Under the pieces are notes generated by a model. It ran no database searches. It was not told the origin of the DNA and saw only the letters and a list, made by a program, of their open reading frames with translations. Position numbers and translations under genes: made by a program. Below, in pieces: positions 37,831 to 51,637 of a stretch of DNA of 64,000 nt (position 1 is the stretch's first letter; each line of letters starts with the position of its first letter). Source of the DNA: Nemertoderma westbladi (Eukaryota > Animalia > Xenacoelomorpha); NCBI GenBank assembly GCA_032718475.1, contig JAUCBJ010000877.1:62001-126000 (forward strand). The letters are read 5' to 3'.

Positions 37831-39504
37831 AAAAGTAATCAATGGGACCAACATAAAGCACTTGTTTGTATTGGGTTATCAGCCAGAATTTCAACAAAAA
37901 ATTATAAATGAAAATTCAATATATGGTGATATAGTGCAGGGAAATTTTATAGATAGCTACAGAAATTTAACTCTTAAACTAATAATGGCTTGGAATTAGG
38001 CTGATCGCTATTGTAGAATGGCAACATTTATTGGTTCTGGAGATGACGATATGTTCATTAACCCGTTCACGTTGGTTCAATCTCTCTCTGGAGTGCCACA
38101 AAAACGTTTTTATGTAGGGATATGTGGACCTAATGTTGTTCTAAGGGACCCTAAATCCCCGTGGTACGTAGACCCTAAGGATTTCCCACCCGAATACTAC
38201 AGTATCCAGCTTACTGCAGTGGTGGACTATATTTCATTTCGAGTGATCTCATTTTTCCTCTACTAATTATCGTCCCATTTCATCCATTAATATCTGTGGA
38301 CGACGCTTATACTGGGATTCTAATGGCTTCCATTCTGATTGAACCCACATACATACGTAACATAGACGTTTTTGGTGAAATGAGTCATACATTTAATGCC
38401 TCAGTTTGGGATAGAGTTATTGCGACCCATAGCTACTCAACCCAAAACTTTACATTATATTGGAAGTGGTTGTTGGAGGGTTACGCTAAGGACTGATTAA
38501 TGCAAATCACCAACAAAGATCTTTGGGATCGCGATTATCATCAGTAATGAGCAATGGATGATCAGTGATCATTTAAATTGAAAGAGTACATCATTATCTT
38601 ACAGTATTTTCAGGATGTATGAATGTATAGCCTGAGATAAATAACTGATCTCTTCATACTACAAAATAAAACAGTATGGTTTTGCAGTGCTTTTCCAACA
38701 ATTCCTACAGTGGCCTATGGTACTATATACCAATCGATAACTGTAGTTATCATTAAGGTATTAATAACAATTAATATTCATTATCATTAATTAATAATTA
38801 AGGTACCTTGAAATGTACGGTTGAGGCTATTGTAATCTATTTCTGTGAAGGGAATTCAATAACACAACAATTAAATATGGATTGAAAATAACTTGTCGTT
38901 GAAAATAATAATCAATATTCCACTCTTGATTTAGGCTTTTCAATGGAGGAATGCAAGTTCTCAACCAGTTCCACAGGTTGATCTTCTACAGCACATCCTT
39001 CCATCCAGTTTCCCAAGTTCCATTATTCGTTTTATACCACATGTCACCACTACACAGATTTTTCAGATTTAGTGGAGAAAACACGGGACCGGAGGCGACC
39101 CAAAGCTGATCCCTTAGCTGTTACCAATGAGGAATGGGTGGGGGGGGGGGGGGGGGGAGTGAACACTAACTCCCAAGGATAAACACTCCATAGCCATCCA
39201 ACCATTTCGTTACTCCCCAATCCTCAGGCCGAAGCCGGAATGTCTAAAATGCAGTGCCTATTCTAAGGAAGGGGGGGGGGGGGGGGGGGGGATGGGCGTA
39301 GCCAGTAATTCTTCGTGGAGGGGTGGAAAATCCCTATCATGTGGGGGAAAATTTTTAGTGATCCTACAGTAAGGTTATACATAACAAATTTAACTTATTT
39401 AATTCCAAAACTCTGCAAACCATAGCAACATTAAATAATTTTTCTAGTGACGGGCCTAGCGGCCCGATAAGGAACCAACTTTCTATTTAAAATAAAAGAG
39501 ACAA

Positions 39505-40105
39505 CGAGCTCGGCTCGGTCTGGCACGATTGTGCTCGATTCAGTTCGACTTGTCTTGATCGGCTCGACTCGGTCCAGCTCAATTTGGCGTGACACAGATC
39601 GAATCGGCTCGATTGGGCTCGTCTCGGCTCGGCTCGGTCTGACTCGACTCAGCTCGATTCGGCTCAACGGCTCGATTGGACTCGGCTCGGTCCGGCTCGA
39701 CTTGGCTCAATTGGGCTCGATTCAGCTCAATCTGCTCGACTCGGCTCGAATCGGCTCAATTGGGATTGATTGGGCTTGAGTCGGCTCGACTTGGCTTAAC
39801 TTGGCTCAGTCCGGCTCGATTGGCCTCGACTTGGCTCGGTCCGGCTCAATTGGGCTCGACTAGGCTTGATTGGGCTCGACTCGGCTCTATTGGGCTCGAC
39901 TCGACTCGATTGGGCTTGACTCGGCTTAGTCTGGCTCGACTCTGCTTGATTGGGCTCAACTTGGCTCCGCCCGGCTCGACTCGGCTCGATTGGACTCGAC
40001 TCGGCTTGATTGGGCTCGACTCGACTCAGTCCGGCTCAATTTGGCGTGACACGGTTCGACTCGGCTCGATTGAGCTCGGCTCGGCTCGGTCTGACTCGAC
40101 TCAGC
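39505..40105. repeat. Degenerate pentamer satellite (GCTCG/ACTCG/ATTGG)n
   Basis: About 600 bp of 5-bp periodicity. Explains the spurious ORFs 39431-40309. Confidence 0.92.
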
Positions 40106-40621
40106 TGAGTCTGGTGGTGCAACTGTTGTACTGTAATACAGTAATAAAGCCTGTTGACCAGCAATTTGGCCAAAAACGACTACAGAATAGCCCAATTTGA
40201 CCACAAATATGCATCCACAAAGAGCATATACAGGCATCTGGGCTGAGCATATGCGTAAAAGTATTATATATAAAAATATAGCTTCGAGATAATGACGGTT
40301 CACGTTCACACGTGCTTAGAACGATATGCATCGTACGTAGACGTACAAGATAAGCCCCAATGGGTAGTGCAGTAGTGCAGTAGCGCAGCTGCAGACTGAA
40401 CTGCTAGGCCTACTACGAGCCCCACATCAGCGACCATGAATTAAGCTTTTACGCAAACAAACGTGTAAAATATAACCCTGAGACAGTGACAACTGTTTGC
40501 ATCGTGTTAATACGCATCGAATGAGCCATAAAGCAAGGAATGAGAGCGAAATCTGACGACGTGTATCGATGGACATACATATGTACAAACTGAGCAGATT
40601 TATATATATTACAGTAGATAG

Positions 40622-40661
40622 ACTAGAAAGCCAGTGGCCCTTCGGGCCACGGCTTTCTAGT
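40622..40661. other. Strong hairpin bounded by CTAG, Helitron/Helentron-like terminus
   Basis: actagaaagcc-a-gtggccc-ttc-gggccac-ggctttctagt: 18-bp stem with one bulge, ending CTAG|T. Confidence 0.55.
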
Positions 40662-40824
40662 TCACAAACCTATTAAGCATTCCAAACATTAATTAATTAA
40701 TTAATCACTTCCAAAGGATTACAAATTGTAAAAATATGGAAGAAGGTTAAACTGTAGAACTGCAGGTCGTTACCATCCTCGTACAGTAAACACAACCTAC
40801 TGTATAGTTTAGGGACTGCCAATA

Positions 40825-41815
40825 ATCAAAATGGGAGAAGGATTTCACTTTCAGACAATTCGTCCCCTATAGTCGCGGAATGGAGAACTGTGGACTGGTC
40901 AACGTTCTTCACAAAGATGTAGCCTTATGATGTACATACATTAGTACAGTAGACCTCTGACAATTAGCAGCCTAAAAGCATTTTTAATAAATAAATGTGC
41001 GAATGTTTGCACTTTTCAGATATTTAGCACCCTGGCAGTAGATTGGAGAACTGCAGACTGGTTAGCATCCTCCCCAAACACACAGCCTATGGTCAAGTAT
41101 ACCTTTCCCAAGTATAAGCAAAAAAGCATTAGAAACAACAAAATGGGAGAAGGATTTCACTTGAGAGATTTCACCCTCTAGCGGCAGACTGAGAAATTGC
41201 AGATTGATCAGAGTTCTCCACAAACACGCAGTCTATGGTGTAGTAGACCTCTGCCAAGTATCAGCCTAAAAGCATTGTAAACATATAAATTGGAGAGGGA
41301 TTTCTCTTTAAGACATTTCGCCCCCCTAGCGGCCGAATGGAGAACTGCAGCTTGTTCGTCGCCTACCCCAAACACACACCCTATGGTGTAATACACATCT
41401 CCCAAGTGTCAGCCTAAAAGCATTATTAATAACGAAATGGGATAACGTTTACACTTTCAGAAATTTGGCCCCCTAGCGGTAGACTGGAGAAATGCAAACT
41501 GGTTCTAGCTCCTCCCCAAACACTCAGTCTTGGTGTAGCAGACCTCTGCCAAGTATCAGCGAAAAAGCATTGGGAACAATGAAATGGGATAAGGTTTTCA
41601 CTTTCGGATATATTGGTCAGCATCCTCCGCAAACACACAGCCTATGGTGTTAGTAGACCTCTTCCACGTATCAGCTAAAAGGCATTAATAATAACGAAAT
41701 GGGAAAAGGTTTTCAGTTTCGGACATTTCACCCCCTAGCGGCAGACTGGAGAACTGCAGCTTGATCAGTGTCCTCCCAAACACATAGTCTATGGCCAGGA
41801 ACATATCTGCAAAGT
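40825..41815. repeat. Diverged ~140-bp tandem repeat, about 6-7 units
   Basis: Recurring aaatgggagaaggatttcactt...ccccctagcggcagactggagaactgcag...ccccaaacacacagcctatggt...cctaaaagcatt. Confidence 0.85.
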
Positions 41816-41922
41816 ACAGTATGTATCATTTAGAACAGATTGAGTCTGATGGTGCAACTGCCTGTTTATAGAGTTTCCTGCCAGCTGACAAGTAATTTGA
41901 CCGAAAATGGTTATGGAATAGA

Positions 41923-43007
41923 TGTAAAAGCTTTTGCGGACAAAATTAGTCATTTTGCGCAATGCGCTAAATACTCTAAAAGGCCTATAACTTATGCAAC
42001 TACGTGTCTGTCAAAAATCTCAGAGTTGGGATGACAAAATCTACCAGCTTTTTCTTTGTCTGAAGAATCTAGCTTTGTTGACATATATTTCAGCCAATCA
42101 GAGCGATCTCTCTTCCCTGTGCGCGCACAGTGGCCTATAAGAAATGACGCAATGCGGCAAATTCGGAGAATTCCTTCATTCAGAATTCATTCATTCCGAC
42201 ATTCTGACTGTTCTGACTTTTGCCCTAACATCAGTGGCCTAAGAGAGTCATAAGAACGCAAATCTATTAACTCGTAACACATAACACATTGCACATCTCA
42301 ATTCATACATTCTGACTCATTGCACATTTTGCAACATTTTACACCGCTGCCCTACATTCTGATATACTGTTTTTATACTATTGTTAATTGCTGTTATATA
42401 TTAATGGATGTTATATTTGGAGAATACTGATGAATAATCGTTAAATCCCCCTTAACTTTCTTAATGACTGAGGTAAGCAGAAGGGTGTATCAGTAGCAAT
42501 TGTGGCTCAATTTATAGTGGTCTGTGTGAATTTAATGCTATTTCATAACCCCCAACGTATGTGAGTCGCAATCCTCCTTATATATGATTAAAATCAGTGA
42601 CAGACGGAAAACCAGTGTGCGTTAGTGTGAATGTTAGTGCAGAAAGTTAGTGTGAAGGTTAATAAAGCATTCCTAAAGAATGCGCCATTTGCGTTATCTT
42701 ATTGCCACTAGTTGTAATTAGTGTCAGTCATAACTCTGCTTGATACTTAAAGCGCCGCATCCCAAAGGAACTGTTAATATTTCCCCGAAAGTAAATATAG
42801 TTGTCGGAGATTATATAGTAGTGATCAATAGAATAATTCAAAGTAGCCTACTGCTCTCTCTTTATAACCGAATCCAGTCTCCCACACCCGTGGGTCATAC
42901 GCCGCGCTAGACTGGCTTCAGCTGATGTCAAGTAGTACAGGCAATAGTCAATTCCGAAGACACTTAAATTAGCAGGTTAAACTGTTAAAGGTCTAAAACG
43001 GCGAATA
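41923..43007 (+). repeat. Diverged 5' LTR of copy B
   Basis: Starts tgtaaaagcttttgcgga and ends aaggtctaaaacggcgaata, matching the family LTR termini. Confidence 0.8.
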
Positions 43008-46000
43008 TTAATAGATTTTTCTTTTTATTGCTCAATAGGCAAAACCCTAACGTACCGGTCGGACGGTAAACTGTAAGCTTAACAGTGCCAGACTGGTACC
43101 GTATATCAGTATTAATTCGATTGTGATAATTATATACCAGTAGGTCTAAGTATTTAATCGGGGACTGCAGCCCTGGTTTTTTATTGAGATTTTACTTATT
43201 TCTGTTGGCTTTATTTATCTGTAAGTGTAGTATTGAGCAGAAAGTGTGTCGCTCCGAATTACACCCGCTCGAGAATTAAAGCCTATTGTGGAAACTCAAT
43301 GGAACTTTCCCGGACCCGGACTACCGTTTAACTTCTCAGAAGCTGCCTGGGAAGACCTACATCAGATGGGCGTAGTTAGAGATACCAGAGATTCCGCTGT
43401 ATCGAAGAGGTCGGCAGCCAGATATGTCCAGGGATTCTTCAACTCCTTAGGACGCATAGAAATGCAGTTATTCCGAGGTCAACTGGAACCTCCCGAGCAG
43501 GGAGAACTGCTATACCAAGTAAGAAAACGGATACTAAGGATCAGGTTAATCTTGTCAGCATTCGAAGAAGCCTCAAAGATAAGTAAAGATACATCACTGT
43601 AGGTGGCAGTAAAGACTTGGTTCCAACGAGTGAATGTTAAAGTCCAGGGAACAACCAAATGGAAGGCTCAGTTGGCAGAACAACTAGCCTACAGAGAATC
43701 CACAGATGCAGTCTTCTCTCAGGGGGAAAGCGAGGCGGTATCTGAAAAACCCCCGAAGAAAGATGCTATTGACATCTATTTATCTGATAACCAAGGATTC
43801 ATAGGCGACAAAGAGCTAAGGCGACGTCTAGCCAGACTTCACCCCAACAGTGAGGCAGCCAACTTAATTTTAGACTCATTGGATGCCCAGATGCAAGCGG
43901 CTGAGCAGGCTAAAATAGACGAAGACATTCTCATCGCTTTGGACAAGGATGAACAAATAAAGAAAGGATTAATAGAAGATAGGAAAAGATCTGCAGCCGC
44001 TGAGGCCGAACTTAAAGCTGCAGCGGCGGAAGTTGAATGGAAAGCTGCAGCAACAGCTGCGGAAGTCGAATGGAAAGCTGCAGTGGCAGCGGCAGAAGTC
44101 GAACTTAAAGCTGCAGCGGCGGCGGCTGAAGTCGAAATTAAAGCTGCCACAGTAGAAGTTGAAAGAAAGGCAGCTGAAGCCATAGCACAACTAGAGTTAG
44201 AGAGCATTCAAGCCAGACAAGATTTCTTAAGTAAACAAAGGGCAGTGACTCAGATGCAATACCTAAGTCGACCTACTCCTAAAAGACATGGATTTACTAC
44301 ATCCTCGGACGAGGGTACTACCACTGATTCCGAGTGTTGAATCAATAAATCCCATTCAAATGGACGTAGAAGAGCGCCCATAGGACATAAGTTACCTAAC
44401 TTGCCCCTCCCCCCAGACCCCCCCCCCCCACCCGGTGAGAAGGGAATTAGCTAATGCAGACTTAAGAATTAGAGAGTCAATAACTCAAGTTGTATGATCA
44501 GATAGACTCCCTACTATAGTTGATGAACCAGAAATAATTAGGCCTGCTATCAAAACTACTCCTTTAATGGAGACCCTTTTGCTACCTGAACACAACTCTG
44601 AGTTCCCTTTATACAGTACCAAACTTCCCTTGGCCAGTAGACAAATACCAGAGTCTCAGACTGGTATTGATACGGAACAAAAATTGTTTTTAAAAGGACT
44701 GTCTCCTGTAGCCCTGATGCGCCATCCAGGTTACCATGTTGGTGGCTCCCGCACCTGCGGTTGAGTGGATGGAGGAAGGGCGGCAGGAGATGAGAGAGTT
44801 GCTTGGGCACTTAGCCTAAACAAAGGCTCGATCTACTGAGCAAGTCCGAGATTTGGAAGGAACTGTTAAATTATTAAAGGGAACAGTACGAGACAGAAAA
44901 TTCAGTTGCAAGAAGTACAGCAACACATCGCTCTCGAACGGGATAAATTAGTCAATATACAAATGGGTATACCACCACCCCCTGTAATAGTGTGTAGCCC
45001 TTTAGGCCTGAAGTACCTCATGCACAAGGTGTGGAGCCTACACGCATCTATACTGCTAGTGAAGTAGAAACTCCTATAGTAAACCATGTTAATAATATTA
45101 ATAAACCTGTTGATTAATGATATCCCATACCGATCTGATAATAATCTGAGAAATTTATATACGGATAATTCAATATTAAATAGTACGATGGCTCAAGACA
45201 GTTTCACGCGTCAGATGGCTAGGATGGAAGCTCGTCAAGCTGTAAAGGTGGGAGAGGTTGTCAAGTTTAATGGGGATGAGATGAAGTGGTTACCTTTTAA
45301 TGAATATTACAAAGCTAACATACAAAACTCTGTACTATCCAACGGAGAAAAACTACGATTCCTCATCGAGTGCTTAGAAGGTCCTCCTAAGTTAATAGCG
45401 TTAAAGTTTATTGGACATCCTGACGGATTAAAAGACAAGTCTGGGATACACTTAACATCAGGTATGGAAATAGGACTAACATAGCTAGATATCTTTATGC
45501 GAAATTAGTAGCGCCCAGGAAGTTTCCTAGCAATGGGATTATAGAGTTTTCCGATGAGATTCAGGAGATTTGTAGACAGTTAGACTGGTTGGGTAAGTCT
45601 CATGAATACCAAAGTTCTATGGTGGTAGGAGCTGTAGCATCAACTTTGCCAAAGGGTGGAGTAGGCACTCCTTGGGACAAAAAGGTTCTATACTTAATGG
45701 ACCAACATCAGAGAGATCCAACCATGGTGGACCTTATGTCGTTCTCAAATGGAGAGGAAAGATTACAGCTAATAAAACAGTCTAGAGAGAAGACTCCAGA
45801 GACCAAGGTGAGTGAAAAACCTGTTGCCAGGAGAAAGATAACACCAGTATGTTATGCTGAATATGAGAGTCAAACATCCTATGATGAAGACAGTGGCAAG
45901 GACACTGAAAAGACTTATTATACAAGTAAAGGTAAGGACATAGGTAAACCCAAGGTTCGACCTAGTAATAAGGGAAAACAACTTAGAACTCCTCCTATGT

Positions 46001-46071
46001 CTCCCAAGAGAATTCCTGGTAGGAAGCCCGAAGAAAGAACTCACGTACAAAACACCATGCAAACCAAGGTA

Positions 46072-46432
46072 CATTGTGTCAAGTACAATGCACACATCTC
46101 CAACCAGACACTATATAACATTGGAGGTGTCTCATTGGTACCCCCAAGCTTGACACTAGAACAAAATCGCCTCCGCTTTGCAGGACATTGCTTTCGCCGT
46201 GAGGACCAGCCAGTGCATAATCTTGTACTTTGGCAGCCTCATGGAGTGAATAAGCATGGTGGACAGCCCATGACTTTCTTGAGACGCATCTTAAAGGACA
46301 CTGGCCTTGAAGATGCGGATGATCTAGCAAATGTCATGGGTGATAGGGAGTTGTGGTGGTGCAATTTTGTTGATAAGCCGGCACAGCATTCTTAAAAATG
46401 CAGCTGCAATGCAGCATGCCAATCCTAGTAGT
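46072..46432 (+). mobile_element. 5'-truncated RTE-clade LINE fragment inserted in BEL gag
   Basis: RLRFAGHCFRR...LVLWQP...ILKDTG...MGDRELW (RTE C-terminus); (TAG)n-like tail; 11-bp TSD aaaccaaggta at 46061-46071 and 46433-46443; absent from copy A. Confidence 0.9.
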
Positions 46433-49400
46433 AAACCAAGGTAAGCAACATCAAACCTAAGTGTGTATTGTGCGAAGGGCCCCATCACTTGAGTAGGTGT
46501 GAGGAATTCTTAAAGAAAGAACTAAAAGATAGACGTAGTGTAACTTGGGATAAAAGGTTATGTTACAATTGCCTCAGGAGAGGACATCAAAGGAAAACCT
46601 GTTACTCAGATGTGAGGTGCGCTAAGTGTGGAGCGAAACATCATATCCTACTGCACACTGAGTTCGATAAGGTAAGTGAACCAGAACTGCATATGCAGTT
46701 CAGTGATGTAAATGACACAGATCAGAGTTCGGAGATGGAAGGATTCTATACGGATGAGTTTTCTGATGAAAATGAATCCTGCTATATGATCAACACAGCC
46801 ATATGTCGAGCCCTTACCTATGAGGCAACAACTGACGGAGAGGAATCCCAACTACGCATTCCGGATCGACAGCCCTCATGGAAGGTTTCGCAACCATCTG
46901 TCGGCATCAGAGAATTCCCGGTGGTGCAGCTTAGAGTACATGGACAACGTAAGAGCCTTATTATTAATGCCCTCCTTGACTCAGGTAGTACAGGCACCTT
47001 CATTGATAAAGATTTGGCTGAGGACATATTCGCTGGTCAAGAGAGATTCCAAACCAAACTGAATCATTCTGTGATCATGCAAGTATGGAAATTCTACTTA
47101 GGATCATTGTCAACTCCTCAGGACAAATCAGGTGAGGACAGTATAGGGTCAGTTAAAATGGTGGCCAATAAGAACTTTGCTGCTAGTCAAGTAGAGCCTT
47201 ATAACTGGGACAAGGACAGCTTTGCCCAGCAACATAATGTTCCCAGATTTAGAACAGATTACCCAGGGGTACAAATATTACTCAGTCAGAACATGACTGA
47301 AGCGCTAGAAACCATTGAGAAACGGCCTGCTCGACCGCTACCCTTACAAACGTATGCGGGACGAACTAGAGTAGGTTGGTATATCACGGGACCATCCAGA
47401 AGGACTTTGAAGGAAAGATTGGAAAGCGAACAGATCAATCAGGTAAGAGAGAGTGTGGAAACCGTGAAAGAAGAGGACATCATAGCTGAGGGAACTTCAT
47501 GCTCCTCAGACAATGACAATATACAGACGCTATACGACGAGGATAACACTATCAAACTCCTCACTGAGACTCAAACCTGGACTAATCAATCAACTTTGTG
47601 TAATCTCATACAGCAGAATAACGAACTATTAGCTTATGACGATGACAAACTTAATGAGGTAGTAGAGCGATATAACACCAAATTACGCGATGAACACACA
47701 GTGCGATTCTTTACCCAGGAAGCTGTGGAACCCAACTCTTACGATAAAGCGTTATCAGTAGAGGAAGAGAGAGCTAAACAAATCCAGGCAACGACTACTT
47801 GTTACATTAAGGAGGAGGGTCATTACGAGATTGGTTTGCCCTTCAGATGGAGAGAACCCAGCTTTATTAATAACCGATCTTTAGCCATCAAAAGATTCGA
47901 ACAACTGCACCGGCGCTTATCATCCAACGATCGAGCTAAAGAGATGTATAAGATGCAATTAAAGAAATATATAGATAAGGGATATGCGGAGCGAGTTCCA
48001 GTGGAAACACCCATAACAGAGACAATGTATTACTTAACCCATCATTACGTTCCTAAACCCGGTAAACCAGACGAAGTCCGGGTAATATTCGACAGCTCCG
48101 CCCTTTATAAGGGACAATCCCATAATTCTGAACTGTTGCCAGGACCCAACTTACTCCAATCTTTATTGGGAATATTATTACAACTCTGGCAATATTCTAT
48201 CGCCTTCGCCTCAGACATTGAAGGCATGTTTCTGCAAGTTAAAGCGTTACCGCGGGATCGAGATAGCCTATGATTTCTGTGGTGGCCTGAAGGAAACCTC
48301 AACTGAGAACCAGTGGAGTACTGGATGACCATCCAGGCTTTCAGGATCATATCTAGCCCCTCGAAGGCTTGTTCGGTAGTGCGCACCACTGCCGACGATA
48401 ATAGAGACGCCTTCTCTAAAGAGGTTATCGACAACATCAAACGAGATATTTACATGGATGACAACTTTAAGTCCCTCCCCTCAGTGGAAGAAGCAATTGA
48501 GGTTGCCAAGGGAATGGTAAAGTGCCTACAACGAGGTGGATTTCGCCTAACCAAATTCACTAGTAACTCCCGTGAGTTCCTGGGATCTATCCCAGTGGAA
48601 GACCGAGGTGTTAAAGATCTTGACCTTATTAAGGACGATCTCCCAGAAACCAAAACCCTTGGACTGAAATGGGACACAGAGAGAGACATTTTATTCTTCC
48701 AACTGAAACAACGCAAAAATCCTGTTCAAACTAAACGAATTTGCCTGAGTATTCTGTGCACTTATTTCGATCCATTGGGATTCATTAGTCCTGTAATCCT
48801 GGTCGCTCGGAGTCTGGTGCAACAAATGTGGCTCGAAAACCACTCTTGGGATGATCCATTCCGGGGGAGAACTGCTAAAGAAGTGGATGAAGTGGGAGGA
48901 TTCTTTACGAGCTATCGTGAACTTTAAGATTTCCCGCTCGTATTTCGGTCACGTTCTCCCTACGTATCCCCACGGACCAACTCCATGTTTTTGGAGACGC
49001 CAGCGATATCGGAATAGGTATAGTAGCCTACCTGAGGGTTGAAACTCCCGATGGAATTAAAGTTTAATTAGTCGCCTCAAAGGCTCTAATAAACAACAAA
49101 CTGCAAGTCCCTAGAGCGGAGTTAAAAGCGGCACTATACGCTACAGCCATCGGCCGGAATGTAACTGAACAGATCGAATATCCATTAGAGGAAACTGTTT
49201 ATTGGACTGACGCATTACTCGTTCTGGAATATATCACTAATGAAGCCTGTCAGTTCAGCGTCTTTGTTTCCAACCGAGTAGCTATTATACTCAGTCCATC
49301 TAATTTAGACCAATGGAGACATTGCCCTGGGACGATTAACCCCACCAACATCGCCTCCAGAGGAGCAACTCCTCAAGAACTGATAGATACTCCGGATTGG

Positions 49401-51637
49401 TTAGGTGGCTCCGACTTCCTAAGTAAAGAAGATGAGGAATGGCCCCTTCATCTCACCACAGCTGAGATCAGACAAGCCAAGGGAGTGGAAAAGGTCAAAC
49501 CAAAAACCTGGACGAATAAATCCAAACTGTTCAAACCAGCGATTGATCTGTCTGTGCTACTTACCGCCGGTGACCCCACTATGGATCCTAACCAACCAAA
49601 ATCCATGGGCATTACCCGAGCCCTGAATAAATAGGTTGTTGAAATGAGGGAAAGAGATTGGAAGTCTGGAACATCAGATGTCTCAAAGGTACTCTCTCCC
49701 CTCATCCTGAGAGTGATGGCTCATTATATCTCCTGGAATAGACTTTGCAAAGCCATTGTGTATTTAAAGCGATGTTTTCATCATCATTATTCCAGGACGA
49801 AGATCGCTAATGACGCCACCTCTGAAGTAGCTGAAAGGGTCCACACTACCAAAGACCTTCCACTTTTCGGTTACCTACTAAGTTTCTAACTGATAAAATT
49901 AGTTACCAAGAATATGACTATACCAACAAGCAAATACTGAGACTCCTGCAATGTTATGAGAATTCCGAAAAGTATTTCCTGCTGTTAAGAAATCCACAGA
50001 TGCGCTTAAGGGATTCTTTTTCTAGCACAATGATAGATGGGCTAATACGTGTCGGAGGGAGATTAACCAATGCTCCATTGTCCTTTGACACTAAGTTTCC
50101 CATACTCATTAGAAATCTTGAAATACAAATCAAGATGATTGTAGATATTCACAGTAAGCTTTACCATGCTGGTAGAGAATGAGTTCTTAGCGAAATTCGA
50201 ACCCGTTATTATTTCCAAAAGCCGCATAGAGTGCTAAACCAAGTTCTTAGGAACTGTATACCATGTAGGAAAGCCTTTAGTAGGCCTTTAACACAGCGAG
50301 AGGCAAATTACATAGGGAAAGAGTAAGCTGTTATGAACCACCCTTTACCAATACCGGTGTGGATTTATTTGGCCCTATTGAAGTGTATCGCGCTAGGACT
50401 ATAGTCAAGCGATGGTGCATCATCTTTGTTTGTATGACTTGTAGATCGATCCATCTTGATATGGTGAACGATCTATCTACCAATAGTTTCATACTGAGTT
50501 TACACCGACAAATCGCTCGTTTTGGGACTAGCAATACTATGAGATCTGACAAAGGTACTAATTTCATCGGAGCCAACAATGAGATCAAAGCTTACGTAAA
50601 CGATTGGAACCAAATACTGGTGGACGATCAGCTGAGAGTAACAGCATCTAGCTAGACCTTCAACACCAGTATACTCAATCCCTGAATCATGAATCCTGCA
50701 TCAGACAATACTGCAATACTGCAATACCATACTGAATTCGGTGTTTTATGGTACTGGCTGACTGGTACCGCGGTACCGGTGCAGTGATTATAGATCACGT
50801 ATACCAGTATACTGGTAAAGGACAGGCCAAATTCTGTAGGCCCTAATTAGCCATGCACTGTAGTGCGGACTGCTGGACTGTGGTCCTGAATTAGTTTAGA
50901 GGGTCCGTTCTGCCATTGGCGCCGTCCGCCGTACCGCCCTACCTGCCTACTCCTACTACTGTCAGACTGTAGAACCGGACTGGTAGCAACTGCCAGCTAC
51001 AGAACTACAGGTACGGTACTGAACAACGACAGCACTATACCGCATTTCTACGCTCCTGTCAGCGATGAAAGAAAATTAATTTCTTCGTTTACAGTTTCTG
51101 AAATTGTTAACGGATTAATATGTTAATTAAAGACTATGTACCGGTATTACGTACTATGTACGTTGGCACCGGCCAACGTATACTACGACGGCACGGGCAA
51201 CTGGTATAATCAGATGTAGATGTACCGGTACATACCAATCTGCCAATAAGACAATAGCAATAGCAGAATAGGCCTACCCCTACAAACCATCCATCGACCC
51301 TGGACTCGGCAACTGCAACCATGGAAGTTATGCGGACTAACCAGCTGACTGGCATTCTTAGTTCAGGTACCCACAACCACCAGAGTCTACCCAGGTGCCC
51401 AGAAAAGTGTTGGAATTGAAATCAAACAACTCCTGAACTCACCACCAAGGCCGCCTTTGTCTGTTACCTCGACTTTCGGTATCGCTGCCGCTACGGGCAA
51501 ACTGGACTAACCATAACCGAGGATGAAATAATTCGGTTTTTTAATCTCACTCTGCCATCACCCAGTGCCCGGCGGTGTTGAAATTGACACGCATTGTACA
51601 AGCAGTCGGCCTATTGCTCCGAGTTTCCGGCTGGCAG

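Larger units (their letters stand above)
34468..38496 (+). pseudogene. GT31 family beta-1,3-galactosyl/GlcNAc-transferase pseudogene, split by a ~3-kb insertion
   Basis: N-terminal TM anchor, FIIENPRAC, RLAIRETYA (34468-34809). Resumes at about 37830: KVINGTNIKHLFVLG, ENSIYGDIVQGNFIDSYRNLTLK, GDDDMFIN (DxD), RDPKSPWYV, YPAYCSGGLY, VDDAYTG. Premature TAG at 37997-37999 and a frameshift near 38200. Confidence 0.9.
41923..50660 (+). mobile_element. BEL/Pao family 1 copy B (5' LTR, internally deleted leader, decayed gag-pol, 3'-truncated within integrase)
   Basis: Collinear with the reverse complement of copy A. Near 43250 it jumps from the equivalent of ~9060 to ~6840 (about 2.2-kb deletion). 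Motifs ALLDSGSTGTFI, YMDD, GVDLFGP, SDKGTNF. Many stops. Confidence 0.95.

Noticed and set aside
39431-40309. Several overlapping ORFs on both strands
   Set aside because: By-products of the pentamer satellite.
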